From: Octopus vulgaris
Taxonomy: Eukaryota
Length of the DNA: 64,000 nucleotides
Direction of reading: 5' to 3'
Assembly (NCBI GenBank): GCA_951406725.2
Contig: OX597842.1
Span: 8,494,001-8,558,000, forward strand
Part shown: one piece after another, positions 39,841-54,725 of the stretch
How the letters are laid out: each line of letters starts with the position of its first letter
Position numbering within the stretch: position 1 is the stretch's first letter
Position numbers and translations under genes: made by a program
The notes under the pieces: generated by a model
The model's input: only the letters and a program-made list of their open reading frames with translations
The model's database searches: none
Told to the model about the DNA's origin: nothing

Positions 39841-41570
39841 GGTAAGCAGATGACAAATTATGTGTGTGTGTTTGGACAGATTGATGGATGGATGGAGATA
39901 GGGAGAGATAGAGAGATAGTGATAGAAAGAGAGAGAGAGAGAGAGAGTGAGAAGAGAATGACAAATTACATATATGTGTGTGTGTGTATGTATATATATA
40001 TGTATGTGTATTTATGTATATATGTATGCATGTATGTATGTGTGTGTGCATATATGTATATGTATGTATGTGTATTTACATGTATGTATATATGTTTGTA
40101 TGTGTGTATGTTTGTATGTGAGTGTGTGTGTGTATTTGTGTGTGTGCATGCATTTACATTTATGAGTGTGTATATGTATGTGTGTGTGTGTATGTATGTA
40201 TGTATGTATGTATGTGCGTGTATGTGTATATATATATGTATGTGTGTAGATATATTTGCATGTATGTATGTGTGTATGTATGTATGTGTGTGTAAGTGGA
40301 TGGATGCAGATAGAGAGAAAAAGAAAGAGAGAGAGACAGAGACAGAGATTGTATTGGAAAGAAAAAGGAGAAAATAAGAAATTACATGTGTGTGTGTGTG
40401 CATGCATGTATTATATTTGTGTATGTGTGTATGTACATATGTATGTGTGTATATATGTGTGTGTGTATATATTATATATGTATGTTTGTGTGTATATATG
40501 TATGTGTTTATATATATGTATGTATGTGTGTATGTATGTGTATATGTGTGTGTATGTATATGTATGTGTGTATATGTATGTATGTATGTGTGTGTGTATA
40601 TGTATATATATATGTATGTGTATATATATATGTTTGTGTGGGGGGTAACAATATATATATGGAGAGAAAGAGGAGAGAGAGAGAGTGGGGGCAGGGAGAT
40701 GACATTGGAAAGAGAAAGAGAGAGAGGAGAAAGTTAGGAAAATAGGGACATGATAATGGATAAAGAGATGAAGAGAGATAAAAGAGAGTATGAGGAATGA
40801 ATAGAGAGAGAGAGAAGGAGAGAAAGGTGGTGATAAGGAAAAAGAGTGGGAAAAAAAGAAAGAGAAAAAGAAAGAATGAGATTTTGGTGTACTTGGTTAG
40901 TTTTGTTTAATTTTGATTTTTTTTTAATTAATTAATTAAAATTTATTTACATTCAACGTAATAACAAAACATATTCACAAAACATATCACAACATAGCTA
41001 TGCCCGTCCCCACCTCTGTAGGCCCCTCACCATCTCCGGCACCACCCCGATGGCCCAATGGATGTAAACAAACCAACCAACCACGGGAGAAACTTTTCGC
41101 AGAATTTTGGTTTAAACACCCCACATGACTCCTTGTAACTTTTTTTATTTTTTGGAATTTCCAGAAAATATTTTGTGGTTTTTATGTTCTGTACACAGGA
41201 ATTCATACAATTATGAAAAAAAAAATTGTGTTATTTAAAGGCAGCTTAGCTGTTGTTTTTAGCACATCCCATGACCACCTAATACCTTCCTCGCTTCTTT
41301 ATCACTCTGACATGTATTGATGTTTTTCAATATTTGGAAGAATTCTGATTTAAGAACCCCATATGACCCCCTCATAAGTTCTTTATTTTTGGGAATTTTC
41401 TAAAAATTTTGCAAATTTGTGTTCTTCATAGAGGAATTCGTATGATTATGCTACAACAAATTTTTGTGTGATTTAAGGGTGATTTAGCTGTTGTTTTTAG
41501 CACATCCCACGACTACCTGATACTTTACTTGCTTCATTGTCACTCTGACATATCTCTTTCTCTCTTTTTT

Positions 41571-41972
41571 CTTGTTTCAGTCATTTGACTGCGGCCATGC
41601 TGGAGCACCGCCTTTAGTCGAGCAAATCGACCCCGGGACTTATTCTTTATAAGCCCAGTACTTATTCTATCGGTCTCTTTTGCCGAACCGCTAAGTGACG
41701 GGGACGTAAAAACACACCAGCATCGGTTGTCAAGCAATGCTAGGGGGACAAACACAGACACACAAACATATACACACACACACTTATATATATATATATA
41801 CATATATACGACAGGCTTCTTTCAGTTTCCATCTACCAAATCCACTCACAAGGCATTGGTCCGCCCGAGGCTATAGTAGAGGACACTTGCCCAAGATGCC
41901 ACGCAGTGGGACTGAACCCGGAACCATGTGGTTGGTTAGCAAGCTACTTACCACACAGCCACTCCTGCGCCT
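41571..41972 (-). mobile_element. Family A SINE
   Basis: Full-length match. Confidence 0.85.
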
Positions 41973-42218
41973 TAATGTTTTCCAATACATTTCTCCCCAT
42001 AAACACATTTTATGGAATGGTGATGCACCCAAGGGTGGTCAAATGCTGGGAATTAAACAAAAATTCAGATTGTCCATATTTTAAACTCTGATTTTAAAAC
42101 AAAATTCAAAAGAGAGTGGAAATCTTTGGATTTATAGGTGGGAGGGTTTAAAAAGAAACTTGAAAAGAAAATTTTTTTGCATAATTGGTTTTTTTTTATA
42201 TAATTGGTTTTTTTTGCA

Positions 42219-42620
42219 TAGGCGTAGGGAGGTAGCTGTGTGGTACCGTAGCTTGCTTACGAACCACATGGTTCCAGGTTCAGTCCCACTGCGCGGCACC
42301 TTGGGCAAGTGTCTACTACTATAGCTTCGGGCTGACCAAAGCCTTGTGAGTGGATTTGGTAGACGGAAACTGAAAGAAGCCTGTCGTATATGTGTATATA
42401 TATATATGTATGTATGTGTGTCTGTGTTTGTCCTCCTAGCATTGCTTGACAACCGATGCTGGTGTGTTTACGTCTCCATCACTTAGCGGTTCGGCAAAAG
42501 AGACCAATAGAATAAGTACTGGGCTTACAAAGAATAAGTCTTGGGGTCAATTTGCTCGACTAAAGGTAGTACTCCAGCATGGCCACAGTCAAATGACTGA
42601 AACAAGTAAAAGAGTAAAAG
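42219..42620 (+). mobile_element. Family A SINE
   Basis: Full-length, inverted relative to 41571-41972. Confidence 0.85.
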
Positions 42621-42978
42621 AGCAATTGTATGAATTCGTGTGTGTTGAATACAAATTCACAAAAATTTTCCAAAAATTCCAAAAAATAAAAAAGTTATTA
42701 GGGGTTATATGGGGTGCTTAAACTAGGATTTTTTGCCCACCTTTTATCTCTAAAATACAGTATAACCCCGTGTGACACAAAATAGGGCTACAATGGCACA
42801 GTGGTGATCCACAAGGAGTATCTAAGTGTGGCACGGATTTAAAATATGACTTAAAGCTTTAGAAAAACCAGGTAAATGCAGAGAATGAGGACAGGTTAAC
42901 GAGGAAGAAATTAGGGTAATGTATGAAAATATTGTGGCTTTCTTGAAATACCTAAATGAGAACGAAATATTGTTTATT

Positions 42979-43015
<37 letters not shown>

Positions 43016-44093
43016 AGTTGGGTGATTAACAAGGATTTAATTAGGGACCACATACTCTTTTACTCTTTTACTTGTTTCAGTCATTTGACTGTGGCCAGTG
43101 CTGGAGCACCTCCTTTAGTCGAGCAAATAGACCCCAGGACTTATTCATTGTAAGCCTCATACTTATTCTATCGGTCCCTTTTTGCTGAAGCGCTAAGGTA
43201 CGGGGACATAAACACACCAACATCGGTTGTCAATCAATGCTAGGGGGACAAACACAGACACATAAACATATACACACACATTAATATATATATATATATC
43301 GGCACATAAAAAGCACCATCCGTTCGTGGCCGTTTGCCAGCTCTGTCTGGCCCCAGTGCGGGTGGCACGTAAAAAGCACCCACTACACTCACGGAGTGGT
43401 TGGCGTTAGGAAGGGCATCCAGCCGTAGAAACACTGCCAGATTTGACTGGGCCTGATGAAGCCTTCTGGCTTCACAGACCCCAGTAGAACCGTCCAACCC
43501 ATGCTAGCATGGAAACGGACGCTAAGAAACGATGATGATGATGATGATGATGATGATGATATATATATATATATATATATACATATATACGATGGGCTTC
43601 TTTCAGTTTCCGTCTACCAAATCCACTCACAAGGCATTGGTCAGCCCGAAGCTATAATAGAAGAAACTTGCCCAAGGTGTCAGGCAGTGGGGCTGAACCC
43701 GGAACCATGTGGTTGGTAAGCAAGCTACTTACCACACAGCCACTCCTGTGCCTAAAGAAAAATATTTCAATAGGCTCAGGTATAACTCTGACCATGTCGT
43801 TCTGAGTTCAATTCCACTGCACTGTAAAGTGTTCTAAATCCCTGGGCTGATTAATGCTTCATGAGCCTGTCATGTATATGTGTGTGTGGGGGGTCTTTGT
43901 CCCCACTCCCCCATCGCTTGACAACTGGTGATGGTGTGTTTATGTCCCTGTAACTTAGCAGCTCAGCAAAAGGGACCAATAGAATAAGTACTCGCATTTG
44001 AAAAGGATAATTAGTGGGGTTGATACATTCAACTAAAAATTGTTGAAGGCGGTGTCCCAGCATGGCTGCGGTCTAATGACTGAAACAAGAATG

Positions 44094-44126
<33 letters not shown>

Positions 44127-44582
44127 GTGCAGGTGTCGCTGTGTGGTAAGTAGCTTGCTTACCAACATGGTACTGGGTTCAGTCCCACTGCGTGGCACCT
44201 TGAGCAAGCATCTTCTAGAGTATGTATTTGCATGTCTGCATTTCTTCCCCAACAATTGTTTGATAACCAACGTTGGTGTGTTTACATCCCTGTAACTGTA
44301 TTGTAGTTCAGCAATAGAGACTGATAGAATAAGTACTAGGCTTACAAAGAAAAAGTCCTGTGATCAATTTACTCTGCTAAAGGCGGTGCTCCAGCATGAC
44401 CACAGTCAAATGACTGAAACAAGTAAAATCTTAGAATTCATCGATTGCAGATGTGTTTGTGTTGATAATACTTAACAAACAAAGAGAGGAGAATGTTCTT
44501 ATCACTAAAACTAACGAAACTGAGCTTAATTACCGTTTTATCTACTATAATAATACTCTCGTGTTTTTCTTTGTCACAACAG

Positions 44583-44672
44583 ATGAATAAGGAAGGAAGG
44601 GGTGATGGCAAACTGGTGGAATGGTGGACGTTCAACGCTGAAAAGAAAAATCAAACAGCGTTTCAACTTTGT
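44583..44672 (+). CDS. Candidate 90-nt exon (MNKEGRGDGKLVEWWTFNAEKKNQTAFQLC)
   Basis: Acceptor gtgtttttctttgtcacaacag and donor GTGAGT. Only frame 0 is open. Unique sequence. Confidence 0.35.
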
Positions 44673-45124
44673 GTGAGTATATGTCTGTATGTGTGTGTGT
44701 GTGTGCACAAGGGAAGTATGTGAATGTATGTGAACATTGACAAGTGTATTAATTTGATTTACCATCCATATTTATATATCTCGTGACCGACCAGGCTATC
44801 AGATGTTGCTACACATCGCTGGTCATTGTTTTAGCCTTTAAATGACGCCACCCCGCTGGCTAAGCGAGAAGGCCAACAGAGGAAAGAATGAGAGAAAGTT
44901 GTGGCGAAAGAGTACAGCAGGGATCGCCACCACCCCCTGCCGGAGCCTCGTGGAGCTTTAGGTGTTTTCACTCGATAAACACTCACAATGCCCGGTCTGG
45001 GAATCGAAACCACGATCCTACAACCACAAGTCCACTGCCCTAACCACTAGGCCATTGCTGAAGGCGATATCCCAGCATGGCAGCGGTCTAATGACTGAAA
45101 CAAGAATATATGTGTGTATGTATG

Positions 45125-45187
<63 letters not shown>

Positions 45188-45629
45188 ATAGATGCAGGAG
45201 TGGCTGTGTGGTTCGATTTCCAGGTCTGGGAATCGAAACCGCAATCCTACGACCACGAGTTCGCTGCCTTAACCACTGGGCCATTGCGCCTCCACGCTAT
45301 CCATATTTATATATAAGATACTACAATTAGCCATCGTTTTTGACAACATGGGACCAGCTTGTATTTTATAAAGAGCAAAACATCATGCTTTAGAATTTTT
45401 GGAGACATTTGGGGAGTTTCATACAGGCAGGGCTGTGTTAGCTGCCTTAAGGGCCCCAGAGAAAATCATTGGCACTTGGTCCTGTGCTTATTAACATCAG
45501 TAAGTCACAGGGTGCTTGGGCTAAGTTTGATGGGTTACATGAAAGGAAAAGGGATCACAATATCCCTTCTAAAAAGTTTTTTTTTTTTAAATCAAAAAAT
45601 ATCTATGACTAGATTATGACTGGGAGAAA

Positions 45630-46290
45630 AGAGTTTACTCAAAGTAGCCACCCTCAGGTTCCCCATGGCCTCAAGACAGCTGCGGAACCTAGCGCATGTG
45701 TTTCTCACAGTGTCCTTGGGAAGATCTTCAAATACCTCCTTGAACTTGGCCACCAGCTCAGCCTTTGTGTGGAAGGCAGAGCAGGTGGGGTCTTTCTCAA
45801 CTGAGCTCCACACACACAGTAATCCATGGGATTAGAATCAGAGGAATTAGGGGGCCGGAATTTAGGGGTTGGTGAAGCTGTAAAGATTCTCCAACAACCA
45901 CTTCTGATTCTTTCTGGAGGTAGGGCAAAAAGGTAAATCCTGCTGCCACACATATGGCCTTCAAGCAACAGTCTTCACCAGCCAGGGTTTGACCAGAGTC
46001 TCCAGTAGCTTCACTTAGCTGTCTGAATTGAATCTAAGGCCTTTTACCTGCAGTTCCTGGACAACCACTTCTGACTCTTTCTGGTGGTATGGCAAGTGAG
46101 ACGAATCCTGCTACCACACATATGGCCTTCCAGCAACAGCCCTCTCCAGCCAGGGTTTGACCAGAATCTTCAGCAGCTTTACAGAGCTGTCTGAATTGAA
46201 TCTAAGGCCCTTTACCTGCAGCTTTTGGACAACCACTTCTGACTCTTTCTGGAGGTATGGTAAGGAGCTGAATCCTGCAGCTCCCTGAAT
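45630..46290 (-). mobile_element. Tc1/mariner (DD37D-like) transposase remnant with internal tandem triplication
   Basis: PPNSSDSNPMDY...WSSVEK...TKAELVAKFKEVF...CARFRSCLEA. A 167-168-bp unit recurs at 45894, 46061 and 46229. Confidence 0.8.
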
Positions 46291-46602
46291 GTGGTCTCTT
46301 TCATTTTGTGGCTGCGCTTGTTGATAGCATTCATATTACATAACTTTACCATAACCCTTTGGAGATGGGGGCCTCATATGAAGTTTCAATGCCAAGAAGA
46401 TGGACCCATTTATGACCTAGGGACCTCCTCTTGGGCTGAGTGTTCCTGAGAAAGTTGGCAGCATACTCATTCGTCTCTCTGACAAACCTTTGAATGAGAT
46501 CCCATGTGAAAAAGAGCATAAATTATTCCACTGGGGAGCTTTTGATTTGTGGCATATTTCTAGGTCCTACATTTTCCAAGAATTCATAAGGGTCATCTCT
46601 AT

Positions 46603-46992
46603 CTTTACTCTTTCTCTTTTACTTGTTTCAGTCATTTGACTGTGACCATGCTGCAGCACCGCCTTTTAGTCGAGCAAGGACTTATTCTTTGTAAGCCTAG
46701 TACTTATTGTATCGGTCTCTTTTGCCGAACTGCTAAGTGATGGGGACATAAACACACCAGCATCGGTTGTCAAGCGATGTTGGGAGAGGGGGGCAAACAC
46801 AACACACAAACATACACATATATATTTACATATATATGACGAGCTTCTTTCAGTTTCCGTTTACCAAATCCACTCACAAGGCTTTGGTTGGCCTGAGGCT
46901 ATAGTAGAAGACATTTTCCCAAGGTGCCACGTGGTGGGATTGAACCCAGAACCATGTGGTTGGTAAGCAAGCTACTTACCACACAGCCACTC
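46603..46992 (-). mobile_element. Family A SINE
   Basis: Consensus match. Confidence 0.8.
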
Positions 46993-47561
46993 AGTATCCT
47001 TAGTTCTAAACCAAAGAGTCACAACATTATCTTCATCACCATCGTCATTTTGATCTTCTCCATTACTTTTCTGAGTGTAATTTGAGGGAGATCTGGCTGT
47101 TATTTCTAGCAAGCAGTTGTATGGTGGCACTGAAGTGACAACATGAAGGGAAAAGAGCAGTAGGGCACCCTAAAACCACATGGCGAAGGGCCATTGATTA
47201 GGAAAGGAGATGAGAATGGTGGAAAAGTTGGAATGAGATGAGAACAGGGGCAGAAGACAGATCTGATTGGAGATAGCATAAAGTGGCCTTATGTATACAC
47301 ATTAAATTAACATGTAACATCTTCATTAACACCACCACTGAATTTAGGACATTTATATTACTTATGAGATATTGTCTATTATTCAGCTAGAGTTTAGTTG
47401 GGTCTCAAGGGGGTGGTACAAACCTAGCAATATGTGTTTTATAGTGAAAAGAAAATTTCCATTCAAATGACAATTACCGGACGATTTTCTTTTTGAGTCT
47501 AACCATTTTAAGTTGTAGAGGAAACGTGACCTATGTTGCAGATAGGCATACAAATATTGTA

Positions 47562-47759
47562 TACTCTTTTACTCTTTTACTTGTTTCAGTCATTTGACTG
47601 TGGCCATGCTGGAGCACCACCTTTAGTCGAGCAAATCGACCCCAGGACCTATTCTTTATAAGCCTAGTACTTATTCTATCAGTCTCTTTCGCCAAACTGC
47701 TAAGTTACAGGGACGTAAACACACCAGCATCGGTTGTCAAGCGATGTTGCGGGGGTCAA

Positions 47760-47801
<42 letters not shown>

Positions 47802-47961
47802 GACGGGTTTCTTTCAGTTTCCGTCTACCAAATCCACTCACAAGGCTTTGGTTGGCCTGAGGCTATAGTAGAAGACACTTGCCCAAGGTGCCACGCAGTG
47901 GGACTGAACCCGGAACCATGTGGTTGCTAAGCAAGCTACTTACTACACAGCCACTCCTACG

Positions 47962-47965
<4 letters not shown>
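47562..47965 (-). mobile_element. Family A SINE, followed by a second head half at 47998-48160
   Basis: Consensus match. Confidence 0.8.
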
Positions 47966-47997
<32 letters not shown>

Positions 47998-49807
47998 TGA
48001 CGGGCTTCTTTCAGTTTCCATCTACCAAATCCACTCACAAGGCTTTGGTCGGCCCAAGGCTATAGTAGAAGACACTTGCCCAAGGTGCCACGCAGTGGGA
48101 CTGAACCTGGAACCATGTGGTTTGTAAGCAAGCTACTTACTCACACAGCTACTCCTACTTCATAATTGAAAAATTTACTGTATTTTGTACATACGAGTAA
48201 ACCAGCCTGTGGGCACAACTGCACCCACAGCTGGAGGTTTCCCCACCCTTGTACTAAGGTATGATTAATAAAGAAGGTAAGCAAAGGTTTTCAGAATTTT
48301 GTCTAAATTTTTAACTTTTAAACATTGTGATCCATGTCAGAACCTTTTTTTTTTTTAACCTGAAGGAGCCCTCAAGTTTAAAAAAATCCCAACCACACAG
48401 TTTTCAGTTCGGCCCCAGTGTGTGACACCTTGAATAAGTGGATAACCTTCAACCCAGCAAAGCCTTGTTAATGGATTTGGTAGATGGAAACTGAAAGAAG
48501 CCCATAGTAAAAGTGTGTGTGTGTGTATGCACACGCGTGTGTATTCTTTTCTACTCTAGGCACAAGGCACGAATTTTTTCAGGGGAATGAGCCAGTCAAT
48601 TAGATCAACCCCAGTACACAACTGGTACTTAATTTATCGACCCACAAAAAGATGAAAGGCAAAGTCGACCCCGAGCGGAATTTGAACTCAGAATGTAAAG
48701 CCAGAGGAAAGCACTTTTCCCAGTGTGCTAACGTTTCTTATTTCTTTATGGCCCACAAGGGGCTAAACATAGAGGGGACAAACAAGGACAGACAAAAGGA
48801 TTAAGTTGATTACATCGACCTCAGTGCCATAACTGGTACTTTGTTGACCCCCCAAAAAGATGAAAGGTAAAAGTCGACCTCAGCGGAATTTGAACTCAGA
48901 ATGTAAAGACAGATGAAATACCGCTGAGCATTTCGCTTGGCGTGCTAACGTCTCTGCCAGCTCACCTGTGTGTACGTGTATTGCCACAGGTATGGCTATG
49001 TGGTAAGAAAGTCTCTTCCCAACAACATGGATCCAGGTTCAGTCCCACTGTGTGGCACCTTGGGCAAGAGTCTTCTACTATAGCCCAGGTCTGACCAAAG
49101 CCTTGTGAATGGATTTGGGAGATGGAAACTGAAAGAAACCCGCCGTGTATGTATCCTACGAACACTTGACGCGTTGGTTTGTTTACATCCCCGTAACGTA
49201 GCGGTTCGCCAATAACGACCAATAGAATAAATACTGGGTTTAAAATGTAAACATAAGTACCAGGGTTTGATTTGTTCGACTAAAACGAAAAGGAAAGTCA
49301 AGGCTTTGCCCCAGCATGGCCACAGTTCACAAACTAAAATACGTAAAATATAAAAGAGAAAGTAATTGAGAGATAACTAATGGAAACCCAAATATGAGTT
49401 ACTTCCCTTAGTGAATAGAATTATTTATTCTTTTCCTTGTTTCGGCTATTTTGGAGCATCGCCTCGATAGGTTTTAGTCGAACAAATTGACCCCAGGACT
49501 TGGTAATTTTAAGCTTAGAGCTTATTCTATAGTTCTCATTTGCTGAAACGTTAAGTTACAGGGACGTAACCACACCAACATCGCCTGTAAGCAGTGATGG
49601 GGAGGGACAAACACAGACACAAAGACAAGTACGCACATATACAAATATATATATATATAAACATATATACAATAGGCTTCTTTCAGTTTCCGTCTACCAA
49701 ATCAACTTACAAGGTTTCACGCAGTGGGACTGAACACAGAACCATGTGATTGGGAAGTAAGCTTCTTACCACACAGCCAAGCCTGCGCTTATATATATAC
49801 ATATAAT

Positions 49808-50212
49808 TCTTTTACTTGTTTCAGTCATTTGACTGCGGCCATGCTGGAGCACCGCCTTTAGTCAGAGCAAATCGACCCCGGGACTTATTCTTTGTAAGCC
49901 CAGTACTTATTCTATCGGTCTCTTTTGCCGAACCGCTAAGTGACGGGGACGTAAACACACCAGCATCGGTTGTCAAGCAATGCTAGGGGGACAAACACAG
50001 ACACACAAACATATACACACACACTTATATATATATATATACATATATACGACGGGTTTCTCTCAGTTTCCGTCTACCAAATCCACTCACAAGGCTTTGG
50101 TCGACCCGAGGCTATAATAGAAGACACTTGCCCAAGGTGCCACACAGTGAGACTGAACCTGGAACCATGTGGTTGGTAAGCAAGCTACTTACCACACAGC
50201 CACTCCTGCGCC
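49808..50212 (-). mobile_element. Family A SINE
   Basis: Consensus match. Confidence 0.85.
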
Positions 50213-51155
50213 TTTATATATTGTTATATTTTGGGACAGTCATATATATATATATATATATACGACAGGCTTCTTTCAGTTTCCAAATCCACTCACAAGG
50301 CTTTGGTCAGCCCAAAGCTATAGTAACAGACACCTGTCCAAGGTGTAATGCAGTGAGATTGAACATGGAACCTTGTGGATGGGAAGCAGGCTTCTTATAA
50401 GACAATCACACCCATGCCTACTTTAAATTTGAAGACATTTTCTTCACCACAGATGCTTCCATCCACAGACTTTTATCCATTTTCATGCCATTCCTGGTAC
50501 TTAAAAAATACCCCACCAATGCTTCTGTGCTTAGTAAGTTCACTGGACCTTAACTACACTGAAATGAAGGGCTTTTTTTGGTTTTTTAAGTAAAGTACCC
50601 TTAGGAGATGTAACCCCAGATATGCCATTGGTGCAGGCGTGGCTATACGGTTAAGAAACTTGCTTTGCAAACTACATGGTTTTAGGTTCAATTCACTGTG
50701 TAGCACCTGGGGCAAACGTCTTCTGATATCTTTTATTTGTTTCAGTCAATAGACTGTGGCCATGCTGGGGCACCGCAATGAAAAATTTTTAGTCAAATGA
50801 ATCAACCCCAGTATTTATTTTGGTTTTAAAATCTGGTACTCACTCTATCAGTGTCTTTTTGCCAAACCACTAAGTTATGGAGACGAAAACATACCGTCAC
50901 CATTTCTCAAGTGGTGGTGGTCTTTAGGCTGACCATATATATATATATATGATGGGCTTCTTTCAGTTTCCATCTACCAAATCCACCCACAAGACTCTGG
51001 TCGACTCAAGCCTACAGTAGAAGACACTTGCTTAAGGTGCCCTGCAGTGGGATTGAACCCAGAATCATTTGGTTGAGAAGCATGCTTCTTACCACAAAGC
51101 TACCCTTAGATAGGCTTATCACCCAAGCTGAGTCCCCATGATAGATAAATATATT

Positions 51156-51206
<51 letters not shown>

Positions 51207-51397
51207 TTAAATATATACACCTACATATATACTGTTACTTATTTTATCGACCCCGAAAGGAAGAAAGGTAAAGTAGACCTTGGTGGAATTTGAACTCAGA
51301 ATGTAAAGACAGACAAAATGCTGCTAAGCATTTTGCCTGGCGTGCTAACAATTCTGCCAGTTTTCTGCCTCAATAATAATAATAATAATACAAGGAT

Positions 51398-51923
51398 CCC
51401 CTGATGCAGTACCAGGCAGTGGCTCTCATGGCTTCTGCTCTTAACTGATTGGAAGTGTTATCATGTACATTGTTTTGTCCTTGGTATAAAAGATGGGCTA
51501 CAGCAAATATTCTGCTCAATATCACAGATTTGCTTGTCAGTTGTTTGACCTTAACCAGTTGAGCATGTCCCTTAGTGGCTGACGATATGTGCATCTCTGA
51601 TCACTAGCAGAAGTAGTGGGGGAGCATCATAGCCATGTGTTGAGAGGGATTCTTTGGGGTTTGAATAATTCACCTTGGGAAACATGGGTTTTTTGTTCAA
51701 CATCCTTAAACCCTTATTGAGGGACATTTTGAGCGGGATGGGTTACTTGACCAGAAGAAAATTCTAACTGGGCCCCACCTGCAAGGTCATGCGCTGTTTA
51801 TCTTGTTATGAGATCACCATGTTGCGCATGGTTGTGATGCATGTGCCTGGTGTACCCTTATCGGACTGGGCTTGTATATTTTACCCCAGCGTCACTTTGA
51901 TGGCATGCACTGCTCTCTCACTC
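51398..51923 (+). mobile_element. Family E TAA-targeted element
   Basis: Matches 22643-23196 with small deletions. Confidence 0.75.
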
Positions 51924-52399
51924 AATAATAATAATGATGATGATGATTTTTTTTATTTGTTACAAGGGCGAAGGATGCAGGGGACAATACAAAGACAGAC
52001 ATAAAATGTGGGGTTTATATATAATGGAATGATATAAAAAAAGGGGTATACATGGTATACATTAAAAGAAGGGAAGTATGCATAGTATACGATAGAAAGA
52101 GGGAGAGAAAAAAAATGGGGATTGTGATGGGGGTCATCCTGATGCACGGGGCGGACCTCAAGGGATATTCGAGGAATCTCACCCTCCAAGAGTTCCCTAA
52201 ATACCAAGGACAAGTGCCTTCACCAACTCCTTTCCTCCAACTCACAGGTCTACACTCTTGCCATTTTTTGCAACTTTCACCCACCTTTTAATAATAAAAT
52301 AATAATAATAATAGTAATAATAATAATAATAATAATAATAGTAATAATAATAATAATAATAATGATAATATACATTTAATAATATACACATATATATAT

Positions 52400-52462
<63 letters not shown>

Positions 52463-52557
52463 CATATATATATACATATATATATATATACATATATATA
52501 TATACATATATATATATACATACATATATATATACATACATATATATATATCCATAC

Positions 52558-52588
<31 letters not shown>

Positions 52589-52595
52589 TATATAC

Positions 52596-52670
<75 letters not shown>

Positions 52671-53658
52671 TATATACATATATATATATACATATATAGA
52701 CATATATATATATATATATATATAGACATATATATATATATATATACACACATATATATATGGGTGAGTGGGCAAACAAACAAAGGGGACAATTTGATTA
52801 CATTGACCCTAGTTATTATTATTATTATTATACATATATATAAATAAATATATATATATATATATTCAGTTTCTTTTGACTGGATCCACTTACATGGCTT
52901 TGGTCAGCCTAAGGCGACAGAAGAAGAATAGTTGCCCAAGGTGTCCCAGAGTGGGACCTGAACTGTAGACCACATGGTTGGGAAGCAAGCTTGTTAACTA
53001 GGCAGCCACACCTGCACCTCATAACACCCAGTCATAAAAACGAAACCCCTGAGGTCTGCTACGACCCATATCAAAATGGGTAAGAACGAACGAGAGGGAA
53101 CTGGACTCCACAGAAACCCCAAATGCAGGAAACCTGCCCAGGAGAATGGTGATTCTGAAAAACAACATGGATATAGTGACATATAAAGAAGAGAAACAAA
53201 TACAAAACGGTAGTGTAAGGCAGTGCAAAGTCTATGGTGATGTTGGTGATATATTCGTTCTAATGCTCGTGACTGGATAAAATAGTAAAATGCACTCAAT
53301 ACAGGCTGTAAAGTAGATCATAATAGGAAAAGAACTTCCAAGAAAAACATGCCAAAAACATGATATATATATATAAAATGTGTATATATATATATAGAAA
53401 ATAGAAAAGAGTTGAAAAACTACAGAAGGCTTGTTTTATAAGGTTAATAACATTCTTCTAACATAATGACTCAAATATATTCTTTAACCTTATAAAACAA
53501 GCCTTCTGTAGTTTTTTCACTCTTTTCTATTTTCTATATATCCAACCACGTGCTTTCACACACCAACTTTCTCATATATATATATATAAAAATGTGTACT
53601 TACATATAAGAGAACAAAGTGTACGTACGCTGCTATATATATATATATATATTTGCAT

Positions 53659-53959
53659 AAAATACAAAATCGGGCAAGAATGCAAAACATCTGGACAGCT
53701 AGGTGATACAAAAAGGGACAACAAAACATCCAGACAGACGATACAAAGAAAATAAGGACGGGTCATTCGAAGCTTTCTATCCCCAGTCAAGAACCGGAGC
53801 CGAAATTGCGAGGATGATCCGGTCCTTGACTGAGGATAGAAAGCTTTGAATGATCTGTCCTTGTGCCTTTTTTGTATCGTCTATCTGGATGTTTTGTTGT
53901 CCCTTTTTGTATCACCTAGTTGTCCGGATGCTTTGCGTTCTCGTCCCATTTTGTATTTG
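53659..53959. repeat. Fold-back element (about 140-bp arms) in (TA)n
   Basis: aaatacaaaat...cagtcaagaaccgga is mirrored by tccggtccttgactg...attttgtattt. Confidence 0.9.
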
Positions 53960-54199
53960 ATATATATATGTATATATATATATATATACGTATATAAAAA
54001 AATTTTGATGGTTTTAATCTGTTGTTAGATGTGTTTGTGTTTGTGTGTGCGCGCGCGCGTAACAGAGGGTGCGGAACTGTAATGGGAGGTAAATATTGTG
54101 TCATCCATTCAAACCATTTGACCGTGAAAAAAAGCAGGATGAGATGATTATAATGATGTTGATGATGGTGACAATTATGGAGACATATAGATGGACATA

Positions 54200-54370
54200 C
54201 ATGTGTGTGTGTGTGTGCCTGTGTGCGTCTGTGTGTGTGTATGCATGTGTGTCTGTTTGTGTGTGTCTGTGTGTCTGTGTGTTTGTGTGTGTGTCTGTGT
54301 GTGTGTGTGTATGCATGTGTGTGCCTGTGTCTGTGTGTGTGTGCATGTGTGTCTGTGTGTGTCTGTGTGT

Positions 54371-54403
<33 letters not shown>

Positions 54404-54434
54404 CATGCGTGTGTGTGCCTGTGCCTGTGTGTAT

Positions 54435-54479
<45 letters not shown>

Positions 54480-54622
54480 CGTGTGTGTGCCTGTGTCTGT
54501 GTGTGTGTGTACATCTCTGTGTGTTTGTGTGTGTCTGATGTGTGTTTGTGTGTGTGTGTGCATCTCTGTGTGTTTGTGTGTGTGTCTGATGTGTGTTTGC
54601 GTGTGTGTGTGTATGTGTGCCT

Positions 54623-54667
<45 letters not shown>

Positions 54668-54725
54668 TCTGTGTGTTTGTGAGTGTGTCTGTGTGTCTGT
54701 GCGTTTATCTGTGTCTGTGTGTGTG
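54200..54725. repeat. (GT)n-based microsatellite
   Basis: Direct reading. Confidence 0.95.

Noticed and set aside
53826-53865. CTGAGGA...GAAT in the 53.7-kb palindrome
   Set aside because: No convincing stems I or III and no GAAA in the right position.
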